Source: a virus
Lineage: Duplodnaviria; Heunggongvirae; Uroviricota; Caudoviricetes
Virus record (IMG/VR): IMGVR_UViG_3300028653_000011
Length of the DNA: 64,000 bases
Direction: 5' to 3' (one strand)
Within the stretch, counting starts at the first letter, position 1; the number at the start of each line of letters is the position of its first letter. Made by a program: the position numbers and the translations under genes. Positions 1 through 7,155 of this stretch are shown in pieces. The notes under the pieces are model-generated. The model was not told where the DNA came from, ran no database searches, and was given only the letters and a program-made list of their open reading frames with translations.

Positions 1-47
1 GCGGGCACTTTGCCTGACGCCAATCGAGGTGAGAACTGTGAGAATTT

Positions 48-119
48 ATGAGAGTAGTTCAGAGACAGAACGCCGCTTCCACACTGCGGATGTCACGGGT
101 TTGAGTCCCGTCTCTCATA
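48..119 (+). tRNA. tRNA-Val(CAC), atypical
   Basis: Acceptor ATGAGAG/CTCTCAT; anticodon loop TCCACAC (C at 33, T-T at 31-39); T arm ACGGG-TTTGAGT-CCCGT. Confidence 0.7.
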
Positions 120-120
120 C

Positions 121-193
121 CTGTGCATGGCGAAGGTGGTATCGCACTCCGTTCGGGGCGGAGGGATCGCGGGTTCGACTCCCGCTGCACAGA
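121..193 (+). tRNA. tRNA-Pro(CGG)
   Basis: CTGTGCA/TGCACAG acceptor; CTCCG-TTCGGGG-CGGAG; TTCGACT T loop. Confidence 0.9.
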
Positions 194-194
194 C

Positions 195-314
195 CGCGTT
201 GTGGCATCTCCAAAAGGTCCCGGTAGAACCCCCGGCGCACGTATTAGGGAGTCGTGGCAGGCGAATTGACGCCAATGACGTTTGAACCTGAATGGTGCTG
301 TGCAGAACAACGCG
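195..314 (+). ncRNA. Unclassified structured RNA between tRNAs
   Basis: Closing stem CGCGTTGT/ACAACGCG, nested GGCATC/GGTGCT and two internal hairpins, folded by hand. Confidence 0.45.
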
Positions 315-317
315 ATT

Positions 318-388
318 GCCGACGTCGCCCAATGGTGGGCTGCACCTTCGTACGGTGCCCTGTGAGGGTTCGAATCCCTTCGTCGGCT
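318..388 (+). tRNA. tRNA-Thr(CGT)
   Basis: GCCGACG/CGTCGGC; GCACC-TTCGTAC-GGTGC; TTCGAAT. Confidence 0.88.
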
Positions 389-389
389 C

Positions 390-435
390 GCAAGCGTGTG
401 GTACCGCATCGGCGAACAGCCGAGCGCTTGCTCCA
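390..435 (+). ncRNA. Miniature tRNA-like three-way junction ending in NCCA
   Basis: 7-bp stem GCAAGCG/CGCTTGC followed by T-CCA, enclosing hairpins TGTG-GTAC-CGCA and TCGGC-GAACA-GCCGA. Confidence 0.45.
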
Positions 436-437
436 AT

Positions 438-510
438 CCACCCATGGCGTAGTTGGTATGCGCGCTGGCCTGAAGATCCAGAGGGACAGGTTCGATTCCT
501 GTTGGGTGGA
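438..510 (+). tRNA. tRNA-Phe(GAA)
   Basis: CCACCCA/TGGGTGG; loop CTGAAGA; TTCGATT. Confidence 0.85.
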
Positions 511-514
511 CACC

Positions 515-520
515 TACTTA
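515..520 (+). promoter_or_regulatory. Putative late-promoter motif TACTTA
   Basis: TANNTA hexamer 4 nt before ATG 525; the same motif precedes several virion genes. Confidence 0.5.
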
Positions 521-524
521 TTCC

Positions 525-824
525 ATGAAGATCCGCTTGTCAGAGCTTCGCCGCCTCATCCGCGAGGCCACTGCAGGTACGCTTGGATGGCCCACCAAAG
601 ACATCACCCACGTTTACGGCGTGCCCGATCGGTTGGCTGACAAGAACCCGACCGACCTCGGCGACCTCAAATTACCCAAGGGTCCCAACTCACGCGATGA
701 CGCAGAGGATCGACCGCTGACGGACATGGAGCCCGCTAATAACAAGGGCAAACGGAGTTACGGTGCCCGACGCGGGGTGGCCACCAGCAACAAGTCAAAC
801 AATAACTCAGGGTCAAGCACCTGA
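525..824 (+). CDS. Hypothetical protein with MKIxLSELRxLIxE N-terminal motif (possible internal head protein)
   Basis: ORF between tRNAs, preceded by TACTTA; N-terminus resembles that of ORF 2227. Confidence 0.75.
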   Translation: MKIRLSELRRLIREATAGTLGWPTKDITHVYGVPDRLADKNPTDLGDLKLPKGPNSRDDAEDRPLTDMEPANNKGKRSYGARRGVATSNKSNNNSGSST

Positions 825-898
825 CGACGAACGCCAAAGGCTAGCGACGAAGCTGCAACCTTCGTGAATACATGTGGGTTCGACTCCCACCGTCGTCT
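823..898 (+). tRNA. tRNA-Cys(GCA)
   Basis: GACGACG/CGTCGTC with U73; CGAAG-CTGCAAC-CTTCG; TTCGACT. Confidence 0.8.
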
Positions 899-931
899 CG
901 AAGTCAAGTAACCATCGGTGCCAAAACACCG

Positions 932-1006
932 TGACCCATGGCGGAAGCATACGCGGGCCGACAAAAAGGCTGGCAACGTTGTGGGTGTCAAATCCCACTG
1001 GGTGCA
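932..1006 (+). pseudogene. Degenerate tRNA (Leu-like D arm)
   Basis: TGACCCA/TGGGT(G)CA bulged acceptor, GCG-GAAGCATA-CGC D arm, GTGGG-TGTCAAAT-CCCAC T arm, non-canonical anticodon loop GACAAAAA. Confidence 0.55.
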
Positions 1007-1022
1007 GGTGAACGACGATTTT

Positions 1023-1096
1023 GCTGACGTGGCATTTGAGGAAATGCACCAGTTTGGTATACTGGTCTAAAGTGGGTTCGACTCCCATCGTTAGCT
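1023..1096 (+). tRNA. tRNA-Thr(GGT)
   Basis: GCTGACG/CGTTAGC; CCAGT-TTGGTAT-ACTGG; TTCGACT. Confidence 0.85.
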
Positions 1097-1097
1097 C

Positions 1098-1178
1098 GAC
1101 CTCGTGGTGTAATGGCAGCCACGGCTCGCTTAAAACGAGCTGCTTTCGGGCGTGAGGGTTCGACTCCCTCCGAGGTTA
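1098..1178 (+). tRNA. tRNA-Leu(TAA)
   Basis: GCTCG-CTTAAAA-CGAGC, long variable arm, A73. Confidence 0.9.
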
Positions 1179-1191
1179 CGCGTAGTAACTG

Positions 1192-1262
1192 GTGTGCTAG
1201 TGTATTGGTGAGCACACCCGTCTTGTAAGCGGGAAGATTCCGTTCGATTCGGAAGCGAAAGT
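1192..1262 (+). pseudogene. tRNA-Thr(TGT) with non-pairing acceptor stem
   Basis: Intact D arm, anticodon arm (CCCGT-CTTGTAA-GCGGG) and T arm, but 5' GGTGTGC does not pair with 3' GCGAAAG. Confidence 0.6.
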
Positions 1263-1275
1263 GAAACGCAAATTC

Positions 1276-1350
1276 GCCGACGTCGCCTAATTGGCATGGC
1301 CGCCCATTTGTATTGGGACATAATTGTGGGTTCGACTCCCACCGTCGGCT
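1276..1350 (+). tRNA. tRNA-Thr(TGT)
   Basis: GCCGACG/CGTCGGC (same acceptor as Thr-CGT); CCCA-TTTGTAT-TGGG. Confidence 0.8.
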
Positions 1351-1390
1351 CCCCTTGCACATGTGCGATAGCGTAGTGTACAGTGTTGCC

Positions 1391-1549
1391 ATGTGGAAAA
1401 ACAAGCTCAAGATCGCCGCCATCGTCATCGCCGTCGTTGCAGGCATCGTCCTCTACAAGAAGCAGCACGACGACGCTGCCGATCGCAAACGTAGTCGCCA
1501 TGATGACGACGATACTGATGATCAACGTCACCAGCACGACCTCAACTGA
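1391..1549 (+). CDS. Small membrane protein (one TM helix, charged tail)
   Basis: MWKNKLKIAAIVIAVVAGIVLYKK; TTGCAC-N18-TACAGT promoter-like motif 6 nt upstream. Confidence 0.6.
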   Translation: MWKNKLKIAAIVIAVVAGIVLYKKQHDDAADRKRSRHDDDDTDDQRHQHDLN

Positions 1550-1615
1550 GGAACACAGACTTGGGGCTCGCGAGCCCAAGAGGTTCCGCGTTCCCTACAC
1601 AAAACGCGGGCGTGT

Positions 1616-1688
1616 GGTGGGAATGGTGTAGTGGTCTGCACGGTCGGATGTGGCCCGACAAGTGAGGGTTCGATCCCCTTTTCTCACA
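1616..1688 (+). tRNA. tRNA-His(GTG)
   Basis: G-1 then GTGGGAA/TTCTCAC; GTCGG-ATGTGGC-CCGAC. Confidence 0.85.
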
Positions 1689-1694
1689 CGTAAC

Positions 1695-1766
1695 GGCCCC
1701 ATCTTCTAGCGGCTAGGATGCCTGATTTTCGCTCAGGTCACGCGAGTTCGAGTCTCGCTGGGGTCA
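1695..1766 (+). tRNA. tRNA-Glu(TTC)
   Basis: GGCCCCA/TGGGGTC; CCTGA-TTTTCGC-TCAGG. Confidence 0.88.
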
Positions 1767-1769
1767 CGC

Positions 1770-2111
1770 ATGTTAACGCTACTCTTCTACCTGTTCGCCT
1801 CACACGCACTGTTCGACTTTCCCCTGCAAGGCGACGCCGTTGCCCGTGAGAAGAACAGGCACAGCACCACCGAGCTCCAGAAGCACGTGCCCTGGCCGTA
1901 TTGGTTGACTGCACACGCGCTGTGCCATGCCCTCGGTGTCGCCCTGATCACTAACTCGGTAGGTCTTGGGTTGACCGAGCTCGTTGCCCACTGGTGGATC
2001 GACTTTTTCAAGTGTGAGGGCAAGTACTCGATCCACGTCGATCAGGCGCTGCACTTGGGGTGCAAGTTCCTGTGGGCGATGATCGCTGCGTTCTACTTCT
2101 GGCACGTGTGA
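1770..2111 (+). CDS. DUF3307-family membrane protein
   Basis: HxLxDFPLQ, HALCH, HWWIDxxK and DQALH motifs in a hydrophobic ORF. Confidence 0.8.
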   Translation: MLTLLFYLFASHALFDFPLQGDAVAREKNRHSTTELQKHVPWPYWLTAHALCHALGVALITNSVGLGLTELVAHWWIDFFKCEGKYSIHVDQALHLGCKFLWAMIAAFYFWHV

Positions 2112-2144
2112 CTTTTGCGCCGCGCCGAGATACTTATGAGACAC

Positions 2145-2225
2145 GCCGTCGTGGAGGAATGGTAGACTCGTCGGTTTGAGAGGCCGATGCTTCATTGCGT
2201 GAGGGTTCGACTCCCTCCGACGGCA
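2145..2225 (+). tRNA. tRNA-Leu(GAG)
   Basis: GCCGTCG/CGACGGC; TCGGT-TTGAGAG-GCCGA; long variable arm. Confidence 0.9.
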
Positions 2226-2226
2226 C

Positions 2227-2730
2227 ATGCAAATCAAGTACGGCAACCTACGCATGTTGATCAGTGAAGTCGCTGGTCAGTCAACACTCGATCGGGCAGT
2301 CGCTCTGGCGACCGAGCTGCACAAGGACCAGCGTGACAAGGGCGGTGCGTCATACATCGGTCACCCGCTCCGCGTGATGAGGTCGGTGTTGTCAAAGGGC
2401 TACGACGAGGACGTGGCGATCGCTGCGGTTCTTCACGACACCGTCGAGGACACGCCCCTGACGCTCGACGACGTGCAGCAGGAGTTCGGCCCGCGGCGCG
2501 CCGCCACCGTCGCGCTGTTGAGCAAGCAACCGGGTGAAACTTACGATGCCTTCATTGACCGCATCATCGCCTCGGGTAACCGCGACGCCATGCAGGTGAA
2601 GTTGGCTGACCTCGAAGACAACAGCGATGTCAAGCGCTTGGGCCGCGAGCCCACTGACAGCGACAAGCAACGGTTGACCAAGTACCAGCGTGCCTCGCAG
2701 CGCATCATTGCCGTGTTGGAGGCCAAGTGA
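2227..2730 (+). CDS. RelA/SpoT-family HD hydrolase (small alarmone hydrolase, Mesh1-like)
   Basis: HxxQxDKxGxxYIxHP, AAVLHDTVEDT, VKLADLEDN motifs. Confidence 0.88.
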   Translation: MQIKYGNLRMLISEVAGQSTLDRAVALATELHKDQRDKGGASYIGHPLRVMRSVLSKGYDEDVAIAAVLHDTVEDTPLTLDDVQQEFGPRRAATVALLSKQPGETYDAFIDRIIASGNRDAMQVKLADLEDNSDVKRLGREPTDSDKQRLTKYQRASQRIIAVLEAK

Positions 2731-3080
2731 ACCAAGAGCTCGAGCAGTACCGTAAGCAGGCGATCGACGATGTCAAGCACAACGCCGCCTTCATCCGCGA
2801 CACTGCCCGTGACGTGTTGATGCGCCCGTGTCGCGCCGTCTACGTCGTGGGGTCCGTCCTCGACAAGGCGATGTTCCGGGAAGACTCTGACATTGACGTG
2901 GCGGTGGTGGTTGACGGCCCGAGCGCTGACACGGGCCTCTCTGAGCCGCTCTCCGAAAAATTGCAGCACGAGATGGTGAGATACCCCATGGGAGACGTTG
3001 GAGTTGTCAATACGCTAGTCTTCGTCAATGAGCTCAAGCTCGTCAGGGGCAAGTCCCTGAAGGTCGCAACAGAAGAGTGA
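2727..3080 (+). CDS. Minimal nucleotidyltransferase (Pol-beta superfamily)
   Basis: VYVVGS-x9-SDIDVAVVV motif; GTGA overlap with the HD gene. Confidence 0.8.
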   Translation: MNQELEQYRKQAIDDVKHNAAFIRDTARDVLMRPCRAVYVVGSVLDKAMFREDSDIDVAVVVDGPSADTGLSEPLSEKLQHEMVRYPMGDVGVVNTLVFVNELKLVRGKSLKVATEE

Positions 3081-3084
3081 AGAC

Positions 3085-3169
3085 GCCGTCGTGGTGAAAT
3101 CAGGCAAACACACCACGTTCAGAACGTGACGCCCGTACAGGCTTGAGGGTTCGACTCCCTCCGACGGCA
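3085..3169 (+). tRNA. tRNA-Leu(CAG)
   Basis: CACG-TTCAGAA-CGTG; long variable arm. Confidence 0.88.
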
Positions 3170-3170
3170 C

Positions 3171-3244
3171 GCCCGTGTAGCTCAATGGAATAGAGCGCTG
3201 GTCTTCGAAACCAGATGTTGTCAGTTCGACTCTGACCATGGGTA
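3171..3244 (+). tRNA. tRNA-Arg(TCG)
   Basis: CTGGT-CTTCGAA-ACCAG; canonical D and T arms. Confidence 0.92.
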
Positions 3245-3245
3245 C

Positions 3246-3329
3246 GCTCTTGTGGCGAAATGCTAGCACGCGCCTGTCTTAGGAACAGGTGTCCGAAAGG
3301 ACGTGAGGGTTGGACTCCCTCCAAGAGCA
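3246..3329 (+). tRNA. tRNA-Leu(TAG)
   Basis: GCTCTTG/CAAGAGC; CCTGT-CTTAGGA-ACAGG; T loop TTGGACT is atypical. Confidence 0.85.
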
Positions 3330-3436
3330 CTCTCGCTTCAGTAACTATGCGTGGGCCTCCCCTAAGGGATGCTGTGACGGTGACAACAACGACCACATGT
3401 CGCACACTGCCTTTCAAGTGAACCTAGCGGGCGCGA

Positions 3437-3507
3437 TGCGGTGAGGCCGATGGAAAGGCAAGCGTTTCATAAGCGCTACGTAGTGGGTTTGAATCCCATC
3501 GCCGCAA
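3437..3507 (+). tRNA. tRNA-Met or Ile2 (CAT)
   Basis: TGCGGTG/CGCCGCA; AGCGT-TTCATAA-GCGCT. Confidence 0.8.
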
Positions 3508-3547
3508 CGAAGTGCAATGTGATGAGTGTCTGGAGTAGAATGGGAGA

Positions 3548-3856
3548 ATGCAGGACGGCACACAGGACCACGTGGAAGCATTGAAGGCGGGCCAGACGAT
3601 CAGGTTTCGCCCGCGGGGCAACAGCATGCGACCTCGCATCGAGAGCGGCCAGCTGGTCACCGTCGCACCGTGCGCATTGGGTGAGGCACAGGTCGGTGAC
3701 ATCGTCCTGTGTAAGGTCGACGGTAAGCAGTGGCTGCACCTCGTCCACGCGATCGGTGCCGATGGTCGCTACCAAATTGGCAACAATCGCGGCCACATCA
3801 ACGGTTGGGCGACGCCGGACAACGTCTTCGGCATCGTCACGGGAATTGAGGTATGA
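3548..3856 (+). CDS. S24/S26 peptidase-like protein
   Basis: RGNSMRPRI, GDIVL, LH, GNN motif pattern; leaderless promoter GTGCAA-N18-TAGAAT upstream. Confidence 0.75.
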   Translation: MQDGTQDHVEALKAGQTIRFRPRGNSMRPRIESGQLVTVAPCALGEAQVGDIVLCKVDGKQWLHLVHAIGADGRYQIGNNRGHINGWATPDNVFGIVTGIEV

Positions 3857-3860
3857 AACC

Positions 3861-4337
3861 ATGAAGGACATCGTCATCTACAGCAGGTACGCCATCGAAC
3901 ACGCCGATCCACCCGACGTGCCGCACCTCATCGTGTCGATCAATTGTCCGGGTGAACCGCCCGCCAAGATCCGCACTCACCGTGGCACCTTGGGCCGCGT
4001 CGACCTGTTTTTCTGGGACCTCGACCACCGCCCGGGCGGCGTCATCATTGAACCCACCGGTGTCGAGCTCGATGCCGCCGCGATCCCGGATGAACACTTC
4101 TGCCAGTCGTCAGACGCCAAGAAAGTCATTGACCTCATCGAGGCACACCCGAGTGCAGAACGCATCAATGTTCACTGCACCGCTGGTATCAGTCGGTCGT
4201 CGGCCACGGCTGCGGCCTTGCACAAGATCCTCAATGGCAGCGATGCCGTCATCTTCGACAACCCGCGCTACCGGCCCAACATGCGCGTCTATCGCATGAT
4301 GCTGGACGAGTGGTACGCACGGCACCCGGAGAAGTGA
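3861..4337 (+). CDS. Protein-tyrosine/dual-specificity phosphatase-like protein
   Basis: VHCTAGISRS (HCX5R) P-loop; PN motif near the C-terminus. Confidence 0.85.
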   Translation: MKDIVIYSRYAIEHADPPDVPHLIVSINCPGEPPAKIRTHRGTLGRVDLFFWDLDHRPGGVIIEPTGVELDAAAIPDEHFCQSSDAKKVIDLIEAHPSAERINVHCTAGISRSSATAAALHKILNGSDAVIFDNPRYRPNMRVYRMMLDEWYARHPEK

Positions 4338-4339
4338 CG

Positions 4340-4693
4340 ATGGCACGCACTAACCCGCGTGTTGAGCAATTAGAGCGTGAAGTCGCGACTTTACGCAAGA
4401 TGCTGGCCTCTTCGCGAGCAGACACGGGCGACATGCCTTGTGCGGGTTGCGGCGACAATTCGTGCATCGTTCGTCAACCGACGGGCATGGCCACCAACGG
4501 TGGTTGTCGCTGTGAAGCTCGCGAACTCCGGCGTGCATTGATGTGGCACAAGCGCCGCTCCACGTTCCTTGAACAGACAATTAGAGAGCTAATGATCGCG
4601 CTGCGCGAGCTCACCGACCAGATCGAAGCCGCTAAAACACAGTGTACACCGCAAAGTGATGAAACAACGGGCGCTAATGGCCATAGGATTTGA
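4340..4693 (+). CDS. Hypothetical protein (coiled coil, Cys cluster)
   Basis: Coupled ORF with CAGCGDNSC and TNGGCRC. Confidence 0.65.
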   Translation: MARTNPRVEQLEREVATLRKMLASSRADTGDMPCAGCGDNSCIVRQPTGMATNGGCRCEARELRRALMWHKRRSTFLEQTIRELMIALRELTDQIEAAKTQCTPQSDETTGANGHRI

Positions 4694-4695
4694 CC

Positions 4696-5361
4696 ATGTC
4701 ACCGATGAAAAAACTGTTGACAGTTGTGACCGTCGTTGCCACCCAATTGATCGCCATGGTGCACCCATCGTGGGCCGATCCACGCAAGTCAACGCACCCG
4801 AGGATGCCGACGGTGCGCACGCCGATGACGCGCGTTGAGCTGTTGAGCGCCCTGCGCGACGGCCACGTCAAGGCGTTCGGAGTGCTGCCGTCACGCGAGC
4901 GATTGGCCATGGCATGGGGCCAAGTCGCCTTTGAGAATGGTCACGGCAAGTACACTTACAACCACAACTTGGGCAACGTCGGCACCACGGCGAAGGATCA
5001 ACCCACCTACTACAACCGCGGCGATGGCCACTGGTACCGTCACCATGAAACTTTCGTCGATGGGGCTGCAGCGTACTGGGAGATCGTCAAGCGGTGTGCA
5101 ACCGCTCTGCGTCGGTTCGATGCGGGTGATCCCGTCGATGCAGCCGCCAGCCTGAAGAAGTGCGGTTACTTCGAGGCCGACCTCGCCACCTACACACGCG
5201 GCTTCGTAGCGCTGTACCACTTTGCCAATGACAAAGTCTTCGTGGAGGAACAACGTGAACAGCAACGACAAGAAGAGCTCAATGCAGCCACCAACGACGA
5301 GCTCGTCAAGCTCATGGAGACAGCCTCAAACACCAGAGCGAGTGCCGCCACCTGTCATTGA
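4696..5361 (+). CDS. Secreted GH73/glucosaminidase-like peptidoglycan hydrolase
   Basis: Signal-peptide-like N-terminus; QVAFENGHG, NHNLGNV, LKKCGYF lysozyme-like pattern. Confidence 0.65.
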   Translation: MSPMKKLLTVVTVVATQLIAMVHPSWADPRKSTHPRMPTVRTPMTRVELLSALRDGHVKAFGVLPSRERLAMAWGQVAFENGHGKYTYNHNLGNVGTTAKDQPTYYNRGDGHWYRHHETFVDGAAAYWEIVKRCATALRRFDAGDPVDAAASLKKCGYFEADLATYTRGFVALYHFANDKVFVEEQREQQRQEELNAATNDELVKLMETASNTRASAATCH

Positions 5362-5779
5362 CAGCTTTCGCTTTGAGTTTGGCTTCCTCAGCAACTTTCA
5401 CGAGGCGTCAATTTGGGTCGACGGTGAGCGCTATAAGAGCGCTGAGCACGCTTATCAGGCTGCCAAAGCAAGCGACCCAACGACAAAACGGTTGATTCGA
5501 GAGGCCAAGTCACCTGGCATCGCCAAGAAGTTAGGCCATGCGGTGCAATTGCCCGCCGACTGGGAACAACGAAAGCTGGACGTGATGCGTGACTTGATCA
5601 GGCGCAAGTTTGAGAACCCACTGCTTAGGGCAATGTTGCTGGCGACGGAAGACGCCACGTTGATCGAGGGTAACACGTGGAATGACACTTTCTACGGTGT
5701 GTGCAAGGGGGTGGGTCAGAACTGGCTCGGGCGCATCATCATGGAAGTGCGCGATGAATGTCGACGTGAGAGTGAGTAA
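5342..5779 (+). CDS. NADAR (YbiA-like) family protein
   Basis: FLSNFH, EHAYQAAK, KF, LLAT-LIEGNTWNDTFYG, GQNWLGRIIMEVR; start approximate. Confidence 0.9.
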   Translation: MPPPVIDSFRFEFGFLSNFHEASIWVDGERYKSAEHAYQAAKASDPTTKRLIREAKSPGIAKKLGHAVQLPADWEQRKLDVMRDLIRRKFENPLLRAMLLATEDATLIEGNTWNDTFYGVCKGVGQNWLGRIIMEVRDECRRESE

Positions 5780-5829
5780 CTGACGATGTGCCAACCGGCG
5801 GTTGGTAGTAGGTGAAAGCTCTTACACTT

Positions 5830-5905
5830 CTCCACGTAATTCAGAGGACAGAATGTCGCTCTCCTAAGGCGAACGTCGAGTGTTCGAATCACTCCGTGGA
5901 GACCA
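5830..5905 (+). tRNA. tRNA-Arg(CCT)
   Basis: CTCCACG/CGTGGAG-A-CCA; TCGCT-CTCCTAA-GGCGA. Confidence 0.9.
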
Positions 5906-5906
5906 T

Positions 5907-5978
5907 GCTCCTGTGGCCGAAGGAATAGGCGTCCGTCTTCTAAGCGGAGCAATGTGGGTTTGAATCCCACTGGGAGCA
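5907..5978 (+). tRNA. tRNA-Arg(TCT)
   Basis: TCCGT-CTTCTAA-GCGGA; GCTCCTG/TGGGAGC. Confidence 0.88.
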
Positions 5979-6130
5979 CTTCTGTTGTAGATCTTTCGGG
6001 GTGATGGTACAGTGGAGCCTGAGGTACAATTGCGCACGGTGTTGATGGCCATTTGGGCCAGATTTTTCACATGTGCGTGAGCCGTATATAGTGGACCTCA
6101 AGTTCATTTACCCTGAAAGGACGCTAAACA

Positions 6131-7147
6131 ATGAAACGTTTCCTGCTACTGGCGGGCGCTGCAACCATCGCCTGTCTTTCATCGACAGCACGCGCTGAAA
6201 ATTTTTCACTGCACATGCTCCCCGGCCTTGAAGTACCCATCACCCCTCCGCAGGGGACGCTGGTGTACAACCCGGGCGTGTCGCTCAACACCGAACTGCT
6301 CTTTGCGTTGTCACCCAACTTCGCACTTGGGCCCGCAGTTGAAGGTGCATACCTGCCTCGCTCGACGAACACCAATGAGAATGCGGGGGTGCTCTGGCAA
6401 TTGGGCGTGGCCGCACGATTGCAAGGTAATCGAAGCGGTGATGCGAGCGTCTCGCCGTGGCTCGAAGGTAACCTGTCGTACGCTCGTACGGGGGAACTCA
6501 ACCGACCTTCGTTTGGCATCCGCCTAGGCATTGACGTGTTCACTGATGATGCACATGTCGCCAGCAATGGTCCCTTCGTCGGTTACGTGCACACGTTCCA
6601 AACGTCGCAGACCGACTCACCGACTGTCGCCCTGCTCGACGGTCGCGACTACAACAGTTTTCAGGTGGGCTGGAGCGTCAACTTTGACTTTCCCGTGCAC
6701 CAGGTCGTCAAGACGACCACTCGCACCATCAAGGACGAGCGCATCGTCTACGTGCACGATACCCAAGTGCAGCCCGCGGCACCCGAGACGTTCACTGAGC
6801 GCGTCTACTTCAATTGGGACAGCGCCGTGATTCGTAATTGGGAACAGGCCGACAAGGTCGACGCCCTCATCAACAAGATGACGGCCGATCCCTTCATGAC
6901 GGTCAAGGTCGAGGGCCACGCTAGCCCCGACGGCAACTACCAGCACAACGTGGCCCTTGCGGCCAAACGCACCGCGTCCGTCGTCAAGTACCTCGTCGAT
7001 CACGGCGTTGATGCCAGTCGCCTGACGTCAGAGAGCTTCGGCCCCGATCGCCCCTTCGTTGCCAACACCAACCAAGAAGGCAAAGAGCGCAATCGCCGCG
7101 TCGAGTTCGACGTCAGCTTTAACACCACCAATTCATCGGTCAAGTGA
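6131..7147 (+). CDS. OmpA-family outer membrane protein (beta-barrel plus OmpA_C peptidoglycan-binding domain)
   Basis: Signal peptide (ARA-E), amphipathic strands, VEGHA, NVALAAKR, RNRRVEF. Confidence 0.9.
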   Translation: MKRFLLLAGAATIACLSSTARAENFSLHMLPGLEVPITPPQGTLVYNPGVSLNTELLFALSPNFALGPAVEGAYLPRSTNTNENAGVLWQLGVAARLQGNRSGDASVSPWLEGNLSYARTGELNRPSFGIRLGIDVFTDDAHVASNGPFVGYVHTFQTSQTDSPTVALLDGRDYNSFQVGWSVNFDFPVHQVVKTTTRTIKDERIVYVHDTQVQPAAPETFTERVYFNWDSAVIRNWEQADKVDALINKMTADPFMTVKVEGHASPDGNYQHNVALAAKRTASVVKYLVDHGVDASRLTSESFGPDRPFVANTNQEGKERNRRVEFDVSFNTTNSSVK

Positions 7148-7155
7148 GGAATTAC

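Noticed and set aside
1253-1270. AAGTGAAACGC resembles a conserved 5S rRNA segment
   Set aside because: Flanking 5S helices and the CCGAAC motif are absent; short chance match
29-1631. ORF-track ORFs overlapping tRNAs (for example 59..445, 254..640, 988..1446)
   Set aside because: They are translations of tRNA sequence, with tell-tale RRRWESNP / GFDS peptides
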